From Octopus sinensis (Eukaryota), in NCBI RefSeq assembly GCF_006345805.1, contig NC_043003.1, forward strand, positions 5,766,001-5,830,000: 64,000 bases of DNA, given 5' to 3'. Position 1 is the first letter of the stretch, and the number at the start of each line of letters is the position of its first letter. The notes beneath the pieces were generated by a model, which was not told the origin of the DNA, searched no databases, and worked only from the letters and a program-made list of their open reading frames with translations. A program made the position numbers and the translations under genes. Positions 13,774 to 26,503 of this stretch are shown piece by piece.

Positions 13774-15718
13774 ATACAATATATATATACACACACACAT
13801 ATATATATACATACACATATATATATAATATATATTATATATGCATACATACATATATACATATCTATATATATGTATAATTATATTCATATAAATGTGT
13901 GTGTGTATGTATTATATATATATATATGTGTGTGTATGTATATAGTACGCAAGAATGGCATTGAATAAATGCTGGACACCGCATTTGCTTGCTATCTCTT
14001 TCTCTCTCTCTCTCTTTCTTTTTCTCTATGTACACACTCACCAACACCTACAGACGCCACACATACACACCCACACAGGCACACAGTATCACACACACAC
14101 ACACACACACATATGTATTATGCGTGTGTGCATGTGTGCAGAGTCCGTGTTTGTGCTCATATTTATTGTAGTCTGTCAGTGTAATGTGTTGTGAGTTTCT
14201 CTCTTGCAAAGTCAAACAGTTTAATAAATAAGGTTTAATTAGATCAGTACGATATTGTGATTAACATGGATGATTACAGACCCAAAACAATATAGCCCCA
14301 GCCTGGCCGCACACCATTGTCGAAAACCCAGTGAAGTGACACAAGTGTGTGCATGTATATGTGTATAAATGTGTGTATATATATGCAAATATATATAATA
14401 TATATATATATACACACACACACATAGATATTTATGTATGTGTGTATGTTTCTATGTAATGTATATGAATGCATGTAATATATTTTTGCATATATATGTG
14501 TATACATATAGAAGATAGATAATAAACACACATGTATGTATATATGTATGTTTAGCTGTATATGTATTAATGTATTATGTATGTATGTATGTATGTATGA
14601 ATGTATGTATATATGTGTGTGTGTATGTTTGTATGTATGTATGTATGTATGAATATATGTATGCATGTATATATGTATGTATGTATGTATATATGTGTGT
14701 GTGTATGTTTGTATGTATATACGAAATTCTTACCCCATTGCTTTATATGCGCAGTATCTTCAAAACGAAACAAGACTGGAATTGGTAAAATGCTGCAATT
14801 TCAGTAACTGACCATTCCTTCGGCACCGTCCACCGCTATACTAACTCACTTGTCACTTCCAGAGAGTTAGAAACCCTGGAGGTAACTTATCTTTTGGGAT
14901 ACATCCAAACCAAGCTACGAGAAATTCTCTTCTAAACTGACTTTAATCTAGCAAAGACGAAAATCATTGTCTCGAAAGCTTTTTCTGTCGATATTCTTGT
15001 TGACACTGAAGTTGTTGTTGTTTCACTCTTTTGTTATTGTTTAGAAATGATATATTCTTTACTTGAAAACTGTTTCTTGTGTTTTCTTTGTTTTCTAGTT
15101 TTTGTGTGCGTTTATTTGAATCTCATGTTTCGGTTTATTGACTGTTTCCTGGCATATCTAACAATGTTCCCTGCAGGAGATTCATTGTGAGATATCTACA
15201 ATTGTTGTGAGGTAACTCTGTGTGTGTGTGTGTGTGACATTGCCGCAAATTAAGATGACTTTCAACAGAATATTTAAGATCCACTGAAGATAACTTGACG
15301 AAGGTATCCCTCGCCTATTTTGAAATTTCTGCGTAAGAGATAGCGACCACTCAATCACATCACGCATTTCTATGTTGCTGAAGGTTCTGTCACACCCAAT
15401 TACCACGGTTTAAATGTTGGACTAAACCTTGAACTTTGTCTTTTACATTCTCAAAGCAAAGGGCTAAATATAACAATAACTAAAACTGGTGACTTATCCG
15501 CAGATCAAAAATCCTCTCCTAAATACAATCTTTTTGTGAACCCTAAGAATACAATCGCGTGACCTGAAGCTGATACACCTAAATATACACATCCATTTAT
15601 AGGTATGAATAAAAAGATAACCATGTCCAAATTGCCATTCAGCAGAGCTCCACCTTACTGCGGAAAAGGATCATTTCAACAGCGACTATATAAAGATAAG
15701 ATTAGCTCAAAATCACTG

Positions 15719-15761
15719 CAGTCCGATGATGGCCTATCTAGCCGAAATTTCGAAGTCAGTG
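15719..15761 (+). ncRNA. Minimal type I hammerhead-like motif (U4 replaced by C)
   Basis: cagt CCGATGA T GGC ctatcta GCC GAAA TTTCGAAG TC agtg. Core boxes, 3-bp stem II, near-palindromic stem III and a GUC site are present; stem I has one mismatch. Confidence 0.55.
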
Positions 15762-15985
15762 TGAATTCTATTCTTGTTAAAGAATAATAAATTGTACTCA
15801 ACAGATGTATGGAGTAATCCTCCAGATTAATATAAACTGTATTTATTATAGATGAACATAAAAGCAAACATTACTATATACAAACATACATACATACAGG
15901 CACACATATATGTACATATATGTAAACACACATATAAGTATGTATATTTATGTATATATATGTATGTATATATATATATATATAG

Positions 15986-16036
<51 letters not shown>

Positions 16037-16723
16037 TGTGTGGTGTGTGTATGCGTGTGCCTGTGTGAAACCTATGTATTCACGTATGGGTCTGTGTGTT
16101 TGTGAGCGTGTATGTGTGTGTACTAATGATTACAATAATGTTTCAAACAAAATCGGTTTTATAAGTTTTGGTGATTTGCTCTTCAATCACAGGTCTGTTC
16201 CAAATGAATTGACGTAAGATTGAAAACGTTCCAGTTACGACCATCTTTTATCTTTCAATAGGAAGGACGCGTCTGATTTGAGGGATATGCTATTGCTATT
16301 TGTAAGGGTTTTACCTTCCACCCTAACCCGATATAAACCTGGTGTTCCCGTGAAGGAAATTTCGCTGCTGTTACAGCTGACACACAAGTATCTTATTGGA
16401 TTACTGTCTGAAGCTTCACTGTTTTACAAGTGAAATTTTTGTCACAAATTCTTTAGTTACCAAACAGATGAGATTAGGTTTTGCGGGGAAATATGTATTC
16501 GAAAGAGCGACTCCTTAGAAGTATCTAGAAAAAGCGATTGAAGATCTGTCGTAGATTTATTTCAAACAGCCGGCATATTAAAAGAGATTCAATACTTACC
16601 AAAGTCGTTTAAGAACTCAATGAGTTACTCAGATCAGAGTCAACATCTTATATTTATGTTCAAAGAAATACATTCGCGTTAATTTATTACATCTCCTTTA
16701 TACATACATATATCTATGTATAC

Positions 16724-16794
<71 letters not shown>

Positions 16795-16861
16795 GTGTGT
16801 GTGTGTGTGTGTGTGTGTGGTGTTATATATATATGGTATATATATATGTGTATATATATAT

Positions 16862-16920
<59 letters not shown>

Positions 16921-16994
16921 CATATATATATATATAGATATATATATATATATCTATATATATATATATATATATAATATATATATATATATAT

Positions 16995-17031
<37 letters not shown>

Positions 17032-17033
<2 letters not shown>

Positions 17034-17378
17034 TAGTTGAATGAATTATCTTATTAAGGATAATTCGAATTAACCGATACCTGGGTAGCAAATTCACATC
17101 AGAAAAAACACGGTTGAAGTTCTGGGGCATAGCTTACGTGTTTTCGTGTGGAAATTTGAATGTTTATTTTTAAATTATAAATATATGAAAGAATGGAGCT
17201 GAACGACGAATTAACAAAATTCCTTAATTTTCGACATATGTTTCGAAGGCTGCATATTCCTAATTGCGAAGGAATAAGGAGTACATTATGCCGCTTTCTC
17301 ATCAGGAAAAGCAAGGAACTTATGTCAACATCAAAATGCACAAAAAACGTTTAGATGATTGCTCACACGGAGCCCATA
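17032..17378 (-). mobile_element. About 350-bp hammerhead-bearing non-autonomous element (PLE-terminal or retrozyme-like), copy 1
   Basis: Aligns end to end by eye with 41894-42248. Abuts a (TA)n tract, has no ORF and contains a hammerhead. Confidence 0.8.
17228..17310 (-). ncRNA. Type I hammerhead ribozyme with extended stem II
   Basis: Minus strand reads ttttc CTGATGA GAAAGCGGCATA..TATGCAGCCTTC GAAA CATATG TC gaaaa. All core nucleotides are canonical, stem I is 5 bp, and the GUC cleavage site lies between 17233 and 17232. Confidence 0.85.
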
Positions 17379-17425
17379 TATATACATATTTCCCTCTATA
17401 CATTAAGTTAAGCCTTTTCTGGTGG

Positions 17426-17965
17426 CGAACGTTTATCGACTGCTATTTCCAGCAAAAATTGGTACCTCGTTGTGCCTCTATTTCCTATTATGAGCCTACC
17501 TTGATGGTGCTTTATTTTGTTGGAAAGTAGTATTATTGTATATTTAAAATATTTATTTCTTAATATAAAACTTTCTCGCTGATCTTGATTCTGTTTATGG
17601 CTGGGTTATTGGCCGAGTATACATGTATTGATGCAGCAGATATTTTAAAGTTAGTCTCTTTGGTGCTCCGAACTGGCGAGGACCAATCCGTTTTGTGATA
17701 ACAAACATATTCTGAAAATTTCGAAACTCGAGTACCAGGTTGTTCATTTCTCTGGCGTTCTCCCCAGAGATAAGACGAATTTTTCTTTTTATTTGCCGCC
17801 CGCACACATCTTTGGCTCTATTCATTCAGTGAAGATTTGCCTAGCGTCGAACGATTATCGACTGCTATTTCCAGCAAAAATTGGTACCTTGTTGTGTTAC
17901 TATTTCCTATTTATAATTCTATCTTTAATTTGCTTTAATTCGCTGGAAAATAATATTATTGTATT
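17426..17965 (+). repeat. Direct repeat pair, about 115 bp each with a 422-bp period
   Basis: cgaacg(t/a)ttatcgactgctatttccagcaaaaattggtacct occurs at 17426 and 17848 (41/42 identical), with weaker similarity for about 70 bp further. Confidence 0.85.
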
Positions 17966-17992
17966 GTAATAATATTTGTGTGTGTGTGTATA

Positions 17993-19284
17993 TTCAAGAG
18001 AAGTCAAAACTTATCCGTATTTATCTTTATTATTGTCACACTGCCTTCTGCGCAGGCGTGCTTATAATTGGCGATATTGTTGTCACGTGACCCTATGTCG
18101 AACCTGGTTGCACCATTTTTCTTCCTGGTTTTACAATGTAAGCATGGGCGCTCCACTAGCAGTGTGCACCAAAGAAGAACAAAGAGCAGTGATCCAATTT
18201 CTCTTGTCGGAATGTGTGTCAGGTGCTGAAATTCATCGGAGGCTTAAAGTACAATACGGGGTCAGTGCACTATCAGGTAGAAGTGTGTATAGATGGATTG
18301 CGAAGTTTAAAACTGATCGGACATGGGTGACTCACGAAGTGGGAGCAGGACGCCCGTCAACTTCCACCATTGACGAGAAGATTCAGCAAGTTCTAGAAAT
18401 GGTAATGGTGAACCGGCGGGTTATCATCGATAAGGTAGCTCGTTCTCAGCAGATTAGTCATGGTTCTGCCTCTCAAATCATCCGCGATGAGCTTGGCTTC
18501 CATAAAGTCTGTGCAAGATGAGTGCCAAGAGATTTTACTGCAGAACTCAAGCGCAAACGTCTTGAGGTCTGCTAAGTTTTACTCGATCGCAACAACAATG
18601 AGGGCGAGGAATGTTTGAGGAGAAAGGCCATAGGAGATGAAACGTGGCTTCTTCATTATGAGGCAGAATCCAAAAGACGGAGTATGGAGTAGAAATATCC
18701 TGATTCGCCAGCCACAAAGAAATTCAAGATTCAGTCTTCCGTGGGAAAGGTAATGTTAATCCTTTTTTTTTCTTTTGTGACTTAAAAAGGGCCTAGACTG
18801 GACGACTACCTGGTAAATGGGTGTACGATCAAAGGTGCAAGATACAGTGATTTGCTGAACAAGAAACTGAAGCCAGCAATTCGCACCAAACGCCGAAACC
18901 GTTTGTCGAAGAAAGTTTTGTTGTTGCATAACAATGCACGCCCACTAGGCCGCCCAGACAATTGAACCCATTAACTGATAGGGTTTTGAGGAGTTGGAAC
19001 ACCCTGCCTACAGCCCAGATTTCACCCCTCCGACTATCATATCTTTGGACTGCTCAAAGATAGTTTATGAAGTCTTCGATTTCCTACGGATGAAGTTGTG
19101 AAGGAATCGAAAAATGGTTGCACGATCCGCTGAAGACCTTCATCTTGGAGGGAATAGGCAAGCTTGTGCACCGCTCCAACGAGAGAATCGAAAACGAAGG
19201 AAACTATATAGACTACATACCTGTTTATACCCTGCTTTTTTGTAAATATATTCAAAAACAAGAGTGCGTATAATTTTTTGCTCT

Positions 19285-19290
<6 letters not shown>
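17993..19290 (+). mobile_element. Full-length mariner DNA transposon (about 1.3 kb) with degenerate TIRs
   Basis: Left end ttcaagagaagtcaaaacttatccgtatt resembles the reverse complement of the right end agtgcgtataattttttgctctcctta. TA flanks are present, and the interior is a transposase pseudogene. Confidence 0.9.
18144..19220 (+). pseudogene. Mariner (DD34D) transposase pseudogene
   Basis: MGAPLAVCTKEEQRAVIQFL..GAEIHRRL..YG..SVYRW..GRPST..VCAR*VPR..GDETW..HYEAESKRRS..HNNARP..HPAYSPD..DYHIFG. Contains premature stops and frameshifts. Confidence 0.92.
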
Positions 19291-19323
<33 letters not shown>

Positions 19324-19324
<1 letters not shown>

Positions 19325-19516
19325 TAGAGGGAAAGCACTATGTGGATACCCTTATGCTAGAAATAGATCCGCTATGGTCTTGCCACTAAGAAATGTTCTC
19401 AAGAAAAATTTATGTTCTGCTAAATTTTTCTTGAGAACATTTTTTAGTGGTAAGACCATAGCGGATCTATTTCTATCATCTAGCATAAGGTTGTCCGCAT
19501 ATTTGTTTCCCTCTAA
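19324..19516. mobile_element. Foldback MITE (near-whole-length palindrome, TA target-site duplication)
   Basis: Arms 19321-19412 and 19421-19519 are reverse complements (aatagatccgctatggtct/agaccatagcggatctatt; aatgttctcaagaaaaattta/taaatttttcttgagaacatt) around an 8-nt loop. TA on both sides. Confidence 0.85.
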
Positions 19517-19701
19517 TATGTATATAATACAATTTTACTGAACCTTCAGTATTTTTATATGCTAGACCACTGGTGTGAAATCGATGTTAAATTATTATCT
19601 AATTTCTCACCCTCATTTTAAATTTATACACACATATATATATATATATGTATATATATATACAGAGAGAGAGAGAGAGAGGGAGAGAGAGAGAGAGAGA
19701 G

Positions 19702-19742
<41 letters not shown>

Positions 19743-19767
19743 GATAGATAGATAGATGGATAGATAT

Positions 19768-19830
<63 letters not shown>

Positions 19831-20323
19831 CAAATATACATATATAGATATATACACATATACATATATAAATATATATATATGCATATATATATATATA
19901 TATATACACGCACATACATACGTACTTTTTTTTATGTATTTTGTTTTCGAAGAAGGCACTGCAACATCGATGCGGTCGTTATATTTGTGAAACATTATTA
20001 AGTTGACACTGTCAGGGAAAACAATGCCGAAAGAGAATCTGAGAGGATTAATGTTCTGGCAAGGAATGGGTCGGGTGAAGAAATGTGTCAAAGAATGGCT
20101 TCTTTATGTTAGAACCAACTTCGAAATATCAGATGAAAGTTTTCTTTTGAAGATATTATGATGTCACAGTTCAATGACAATTAATAAGCAATCAATCGAA
20201 AAATACGGTCAAACGGATCAATTAAGCAATCAGTGAAATCAGGGCCTTACATTAAAATCGATTCTTCCAAAATACTAAATTACTTAATCACAATCCGATG
20301 TGCGTGTGTGTGCATGTGTTTGT

Positions 20324-20370
<47 letters not shown>

Positions 20371-20744
20371 TGTGTGTGAAAGCGAGAGGGAGAGAGAGGG
20401 AACAAGAGAGAGAGACGGGAGACCATGTGACGGAGTTGCAGAAGTGGTTATTCATCATATGACCATATTGATTGTTGGAAACATTGTTATAGGTCTACAT
20501 AGAATACATTTCTCTACATTCCCTGGTAGCCAATCCAGGAGGAGAGTTCAACCAATGATCCACTTCACACCAAAGATACGTGCATTGCGCATGTGTAAAG
20601 AACAACTTTGCAAACGAGTTTATAGATATCCAAATCCTCTGAGAAACATATACACACATATGAAGGGATGTTCACAGGGAATAGCATAAATAGGGTACAA
20701 GTATATTTAGATGCGTGTATATATATATATATATAATATATATA

Positions 20745-20833
<89 letters not shown>

Positions 20834-20834
20834 G

Positions 20835-21030
20835 ACCTCGTGAGTACCGCCAGCGATTTTTTTCCTCTGTCTTCCCTTCTCTGGATCTTTCCTTCTCCTA
20901 TGTTTCCGACGAAGAGCTCCGCTCGAAACGTTAAGCCCTCCTTCATCCCTTCTTTCCTGAGCGTCCAATAATACTATATTTGTTCCACGTTCTCGCGTTG
21001 CTGTGTTTTTTTTTGTTTTCTTGTTTGGAT
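20835..21030 (+). mobile_element. Short PLE-terminal-like repeat with a minimal hammerhead motif at 20902-20936
   Basis: Homologous by eye to 29795-29990 (minus strand): shared gagcgtc..aatac..tgttccacgt.ctcgc..tgtgtttt. Embedded in (TA)n. Confidence 0.7.
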
Positions 21031-21272
21031 TAACTTTATATATATATATAAGGATAAGATCGTTAATTGTTAAATAAAATAACGATTTTATCAAGTGGTC
21101 AGCATGGAAAAAATAACCTTCAAAGGTAATAATTATTAAAATTATAAATTAGGGTATCTACGAGATACCACCATGCTGAAAATAGCAGCCATGATCTGAC
21201 TCTAAAACCACCTTAATTGTCCGTATATCAACATGGGGAGAAAACAACGAGACAAGATGAAACTAGTAAAAA

Positions 21273-21329
<57 letters not shown>

Positions 21330-21639
21330 CACGTGTGTGTGTGTATACATAAATATGTGTGTGTGAGAGTGTATGTTTATGTGTGTGTGAACACATTTAT
21401 GCATCAATCTATCCATGAAATGTAAAAGTCTTCAGAATTTAAACGCGCTAGAACTGCGCCTCTGTTCGGCCTATATGGCTTGGAGAGAGAATGGGAAAAA
21501 CAGAGAGAGAGGAGAGAGATGGGACGGGGAGAGATTAAGTAATGTGTTGATCGAAAGGAAATGACCGACATTTTAACTGATGAAGATAAAACCCAAAGAG
21601 GAATGTAACGTTCGTTATCGTTAGATAAGGGTAACAGAT

Positions 21640-21740
21640 ATTAAGAACATTTTCTTTTTCAGACTGAAGTGGGTCTATACTGGAAGACTTTCTGGAAAAA
21701 GGGCGCACGATCAACGGTGCAAGATGCAGGAATATTGGAC
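21640..21740 (+). pseudogene. Short mariner transposase relic
   Basis: ILEDFLEKGRTINGARC matches the DYLVNGCTIKGARY segment of the mariner at 18.8 kb. Confidence 0.55.
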
Positions 21741-21990
21741 CTAATGTAATGACTGTGTGGTGGATAACGATTGTAAAGTAATTTTCGTATTAAGTGACGG
21801 ATAAATATAATTAAGGTGCTGTGGATGTACGTACAATATACAGACATATGTGTGGGTCTATGCATGTACGTATTTGTCTGTGTGTATATATGAATCTATA
21901 CATATAAGCGTGTATGTATACAGATAAGTGAATATGCATACATATATATATATAGAAAGAGAGAGATAGATAAATAGATAGATAGATAGG

Positions 21991-22026
<36 letters not shown>

Positions 22027-22439
22027 AAGATAGATAGGGAGATAGACAGATAGATAGATATGTATATATGCCTGTATACACACGTGCATACATGTAAGGG
22101 TGCGTGCGTATATCAATAAATGTATGGAAACACATACTTATTGTTCAGTGCGATTGATAATAATTGATGATATATCAACAAGTTCCAATACATATATATA
22201 TAATATATATATATATATTATATATATATATACATATGTACATATAATTATACCTATATATATATATATATATAATATATATTATATATATATGTATGTA
22301 TATATAAACATATTCATATATATATTATGTATACATTCGTTCACTTAATTGATTATATGTCAACAAGTGCGTATCTATACATACATTTAATCAGAAGAAA
22401 AAAAGTAATTCGAATGTAAGTTCATATAGAAATACACAC

Positions 22440-22534
<95 letters not shown>

Positions 22535-24054
22535 ATATATGTATATATATATATATACATATGTAGGTATTTATACTTTATGTGTGTATTTATGTGTGCC
22601 CGTATTTTTGAATGTATGTATGTATGTATTTATCGTGTATGTGAGCATCTAAGTAGATAGGTGTATATAACTATAAATACGTGCAGATGCTAGCGCACGT
22701 GTGTATATGTATACAATTAATTATAGAATCTCTTTAATCCCTGAGCAGCTCTTGTCCACAATACATTTACGATATTAAATTCCAAAATAATAAAATCTGG
22801 TTAAAATGCGCAGATACAGACATACAAACACAGATACACACATACACACAGGTATATATATATATATACACACGGATATCTATACACACATGTATATACT
22901 GCAAGTTATACACACGCAGAGGAATATACACTCACCGATAAATCATTTCTCTCTTCCTATTATATATGTCTTTTCTCTATTCAAGAAAGCAAATCCCATT
23001 TCCATAGCACAAACATTCCTATACACCGAGCGGTTTTGTCTTTTTAACATGCGCACTTACACATACTGCCATTCACACACACACACACACAAGCACACCA
23101 ACACATACAAATACACAAATTTCTGCATGTGTGTGTGTATTGAGAATATATTAGATGTAGAATTCATACATCATGTTCACACACACAGATATACACATTT
23201 ATACACAAATTTATACACAAATTTATACACAAACACACACACACGATTTATGTGTCTGTGCGCAAGTGCAACTGTGCGGATACGGAACGGATTTTCCTCC
23301 TATAATGCAATGTGTGTATCTGTGGTCTGCACACACACATGCGTATATATATCTGTATATACACACATATATATATATATATATATATGTATGTATATAC
23401 ACACAAATATATACACACATACATATATATTCATAAATATAAATATATAAGTGTATGTATATGTATATATATATATGTCTATGGGTATATATATGCACAT
23501 ATATACATATATATTTATAACTGTCTATATTTTTGTACATGTGTGTGTCCTTGTGTATGTATGTATGTATATATGTATGTATGTGCGTGTATTTTGTGTG
23601 TAGAATCTTTCACTGATTAGAGAAAAATCCTTCCTTTCTGGTGTCCCCCTCGAAAGAAATCCGCAGTCCCTCTGGAGTTCCCTATTATTTGCCCAAACCC
23701 CCACTCCAATCACATCCTTTACAGTGAAAGGTTCCAGTCAGCCTTCCAGCTCCGTATGTTTGAGCCAGAAGCATGCAAGCACTTATGTTCTTGTTCTGTC
23801 TTTAAAATGACTGCAAATTCGTTACTAAAATCATTCCCTCGTCATACCATAGCATAAATGTGAAGAAATTCTCACTGTTACCAACTGCTTCTTTCCCTCA
23901 ACGAAGTCAGACTTCAGAATGTTGAAAGTCTTGCGGTCAATACAAAAGACGGTACTTACGAGCCTTCAGTCCCTAGTATTTACCATTGAACAACGAAAAA
24001 CACAAATATTACGGTGAACTATTTGATTTAAAAATAATTGTATACATGTGTAAG

Positions 24055-25085
24055 CAAATGCGAGTGGTGTTCCACAGACCATTGTTATTCATATCGCTCT
24101 CTCAGACATGCCCTCAGCTGCTCAGATAGCCACCTCTGCTAGCTGTGGAGATCATACAAATGTCTCTCAGAGAATACGGAACCCTGGAGATATTTCGTAC
24201 CTGTAACACGAGTTGGACGCAATATACAGGTGGGCTGAAGACAATAATATACAGTTTAATGCTGGGAAATGTCAAGTGCTGCGCTACAAGCTCATAAATC
24301 TGAATGAAATGAAGACAAAGTACACTGGCCTAGGGGGGGGGGTTGCAATCCCTGAATCGAAATCAGTGCGCGACGTGGGCATTGACACGAGTAGTGGTGC
24401 ATCTGTCCAGGAGCATGTTTCTAAGTTGACAATAAAATGCAGATTGCTGCCCGGATGGATCCATAGAAATTTCAGAACAAGAGAACAGGAAATCATGATA
24501 GTCCTCTGGAAGATATTTATCCTCAGCTGCTTAGACTTCGCTTCCAACTATCTTCACCGCACAGTGTAAAATTAAAGGCGGAACACGAAGCAATCCAGCG
24601 AAGTTATACACGAAGATCCTGAAAAAGTTAAGACTCTTTTCCGTAGATCGAAGACGGAAAGGATGTGCAGTGATATCATCTGGAAAATCCTGGAAGAAAT
24701 TGTACCTAACTTTGGCATTTATAGTTACACAAACAACAGAAAGGGGTACCACTGTATAGTACCAAACATCCCCAAATCCCCATTATGACACAGGACCAGA
24801 TACTGCAACAGCTTGCATTTCAAGAGCCCACAGCACTTCAACGTCCTCTCCCAAAACCTGAGAGACCTACATGGGGTGGATATAGGTGTCTTCAAATCAA
24901 TACTGGATCTCTTTCTGTCCAGTGTTCTGGATAAAACTACCTCGCGACAAGAAACGCAGATGTGGGCAGCAACATCAAACTCTCACTTTCATAAAATGCA
25001 TAACATCGGTAGTGGAACATTATCAAATCTCACGGAGGTGCCCCAGCATTGCCGCAGCTCTCGAGATGAAATTAGTAAAAGATAA
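24055..25085 (+). mobile_element. CR1/L2-group LINE 3' fragment (RT pseudogene)
   Basis: SGVPQ..LFI..SDMP..DHT (decayed FADDT)..LDAIYRWAEDNNIQFNAGKCQVL..VRDVGI..HVSKL..KCR..GWIHRNFRTRE..LWK..LDF, then IIWKILEEIVPN. Stops and frameshifts are present. Confidence 0.88.
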
Positions 25086-26339
25086 GTGATAAATGAAAGA
25101 TAATTAAGATTTCCGACAGCAGCGATAACCCAACCTTTCCTGTCGTCGCCGGTCATAAAGAGTTGCTTCAAAAGGGCCAACTCAATGATAAAATTGTATT
25201 TGTGATAGAGATTTCTTCTATGTCTAAAAGCTTTATCCAAGACAGAGGAAGGCATGCAGGAAAGATTCATAATTCTGTTTTGTTAATAAAAGCAAGAGCT
25301 TCCATATTCCCACGAGGTGTGAATTAGGGGAGCTCTAGATGTTGTTTAGTATAATGTGTCATTTACGCGGAACAAGAAATACGGAAGCTTTTAGCTATCA
25401 TTTCAGACGTAAGATGAGCAAAGAATTCACAGATGTCTGGCGTTCTACACACAAACTGGTTCCACTGTCTATAGACAAAAGGAAAACAAAATTCATTGAT
25501 AGAAATGGTCAGTAGGGTACTTTGGCTCTTTCTTTGTTATCTTTCTGAAACAGTGTGGACAAGGGTTGAATGTAAAACTGACCCAACATAGTGTAAGATG
25601 ATGTGAAGAACAAATTAAGGCACATTTGCTATATGTGAACAAGATAAAACTACGTGAGTGATTTGTGTCGTGAGAGGAAAATTGAAGAATAAAGAAGAGT
25701 AACAAGAGATAGAGGAACGATTTTCACGAAGGTAGACTGAGGGAGCGAGACTGCTGCCATCACAGCATCACAGGTTGCTACTCTTCCGTGTCGTCACATC
25801 ACCAATGAAATACGAAGTGGGAAATCGATAAATTGAAGAGCTTCTTCACAACCAAGGTGAGTTAAAGGATTTGAAATGTTCAAATCTGTCGTTTTGAACC
25901 AAACGGGAGAAAAATTGACAATCATCGAAAAAAAAAAATTCAAAGACAAAAAGGGGAAATATTTTATCCTAGGGAAAGTGATAACTAAAGCTGACAAGAA
26001 TAAAAGATGTGAAACAAACAGATGTCCTATGAAAAAAGGTGAGTGACGAAAACAGGACGAAAACCTCAAGCGCCATGATGATGCATATTTGGTGAAAATC
26101 CTGACAAACAATTGATCAACTGCTACTGGAATATTCTTCAATACATTGCAGTTTGTTTTAAACTTGGGATGCATCTGAATTCAAAAAATGCAGGAGGCTA
26201 CTTTGGGTTCGAGGACAAGTCGAGCGTTGAGTCGAAAACGATTGGAGTCGTTGTTGCCGTACCACGTCCTCTATGGTAACTTCTAGTCTTTGCCGCTTTG
26301 GCTACATTCTTCACTTGCTAGATTTATTCTAAAGAAATA

Positions 26340-26503
26340 GGTATTTCGTCTGTCTTTAGTTCTGAGTTCAAATTCCGTCGAGGTTCACTTTGCCTTTCAT
26401 CCTTTCAGGGCTGATAAATTAAGTACCAGTTGCGTACTGGTGTCGATCTAATCGACTCTCCCCTTCCCCTAAAATGTCGGCCCTTGTGTTTAAAGTAGAA
26501 ACG
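26340..26503 (+). mobile_element. tRNA-derived SINE with Nin/Deu-like core, 5' truncated
   Basis: ctgagttcaaattcc (B box) and actttgcctttcatcctttc..gataaattaagtaccagtt core shared with the other copies. Confidence 0.8.

Noticed and set aside
25870-26180. Lys-rich broken reading frame (MFKSVVLNQTGEKLTIIEK...)
   Set aside because: It is interrupted by stops and has no recognisable motif.
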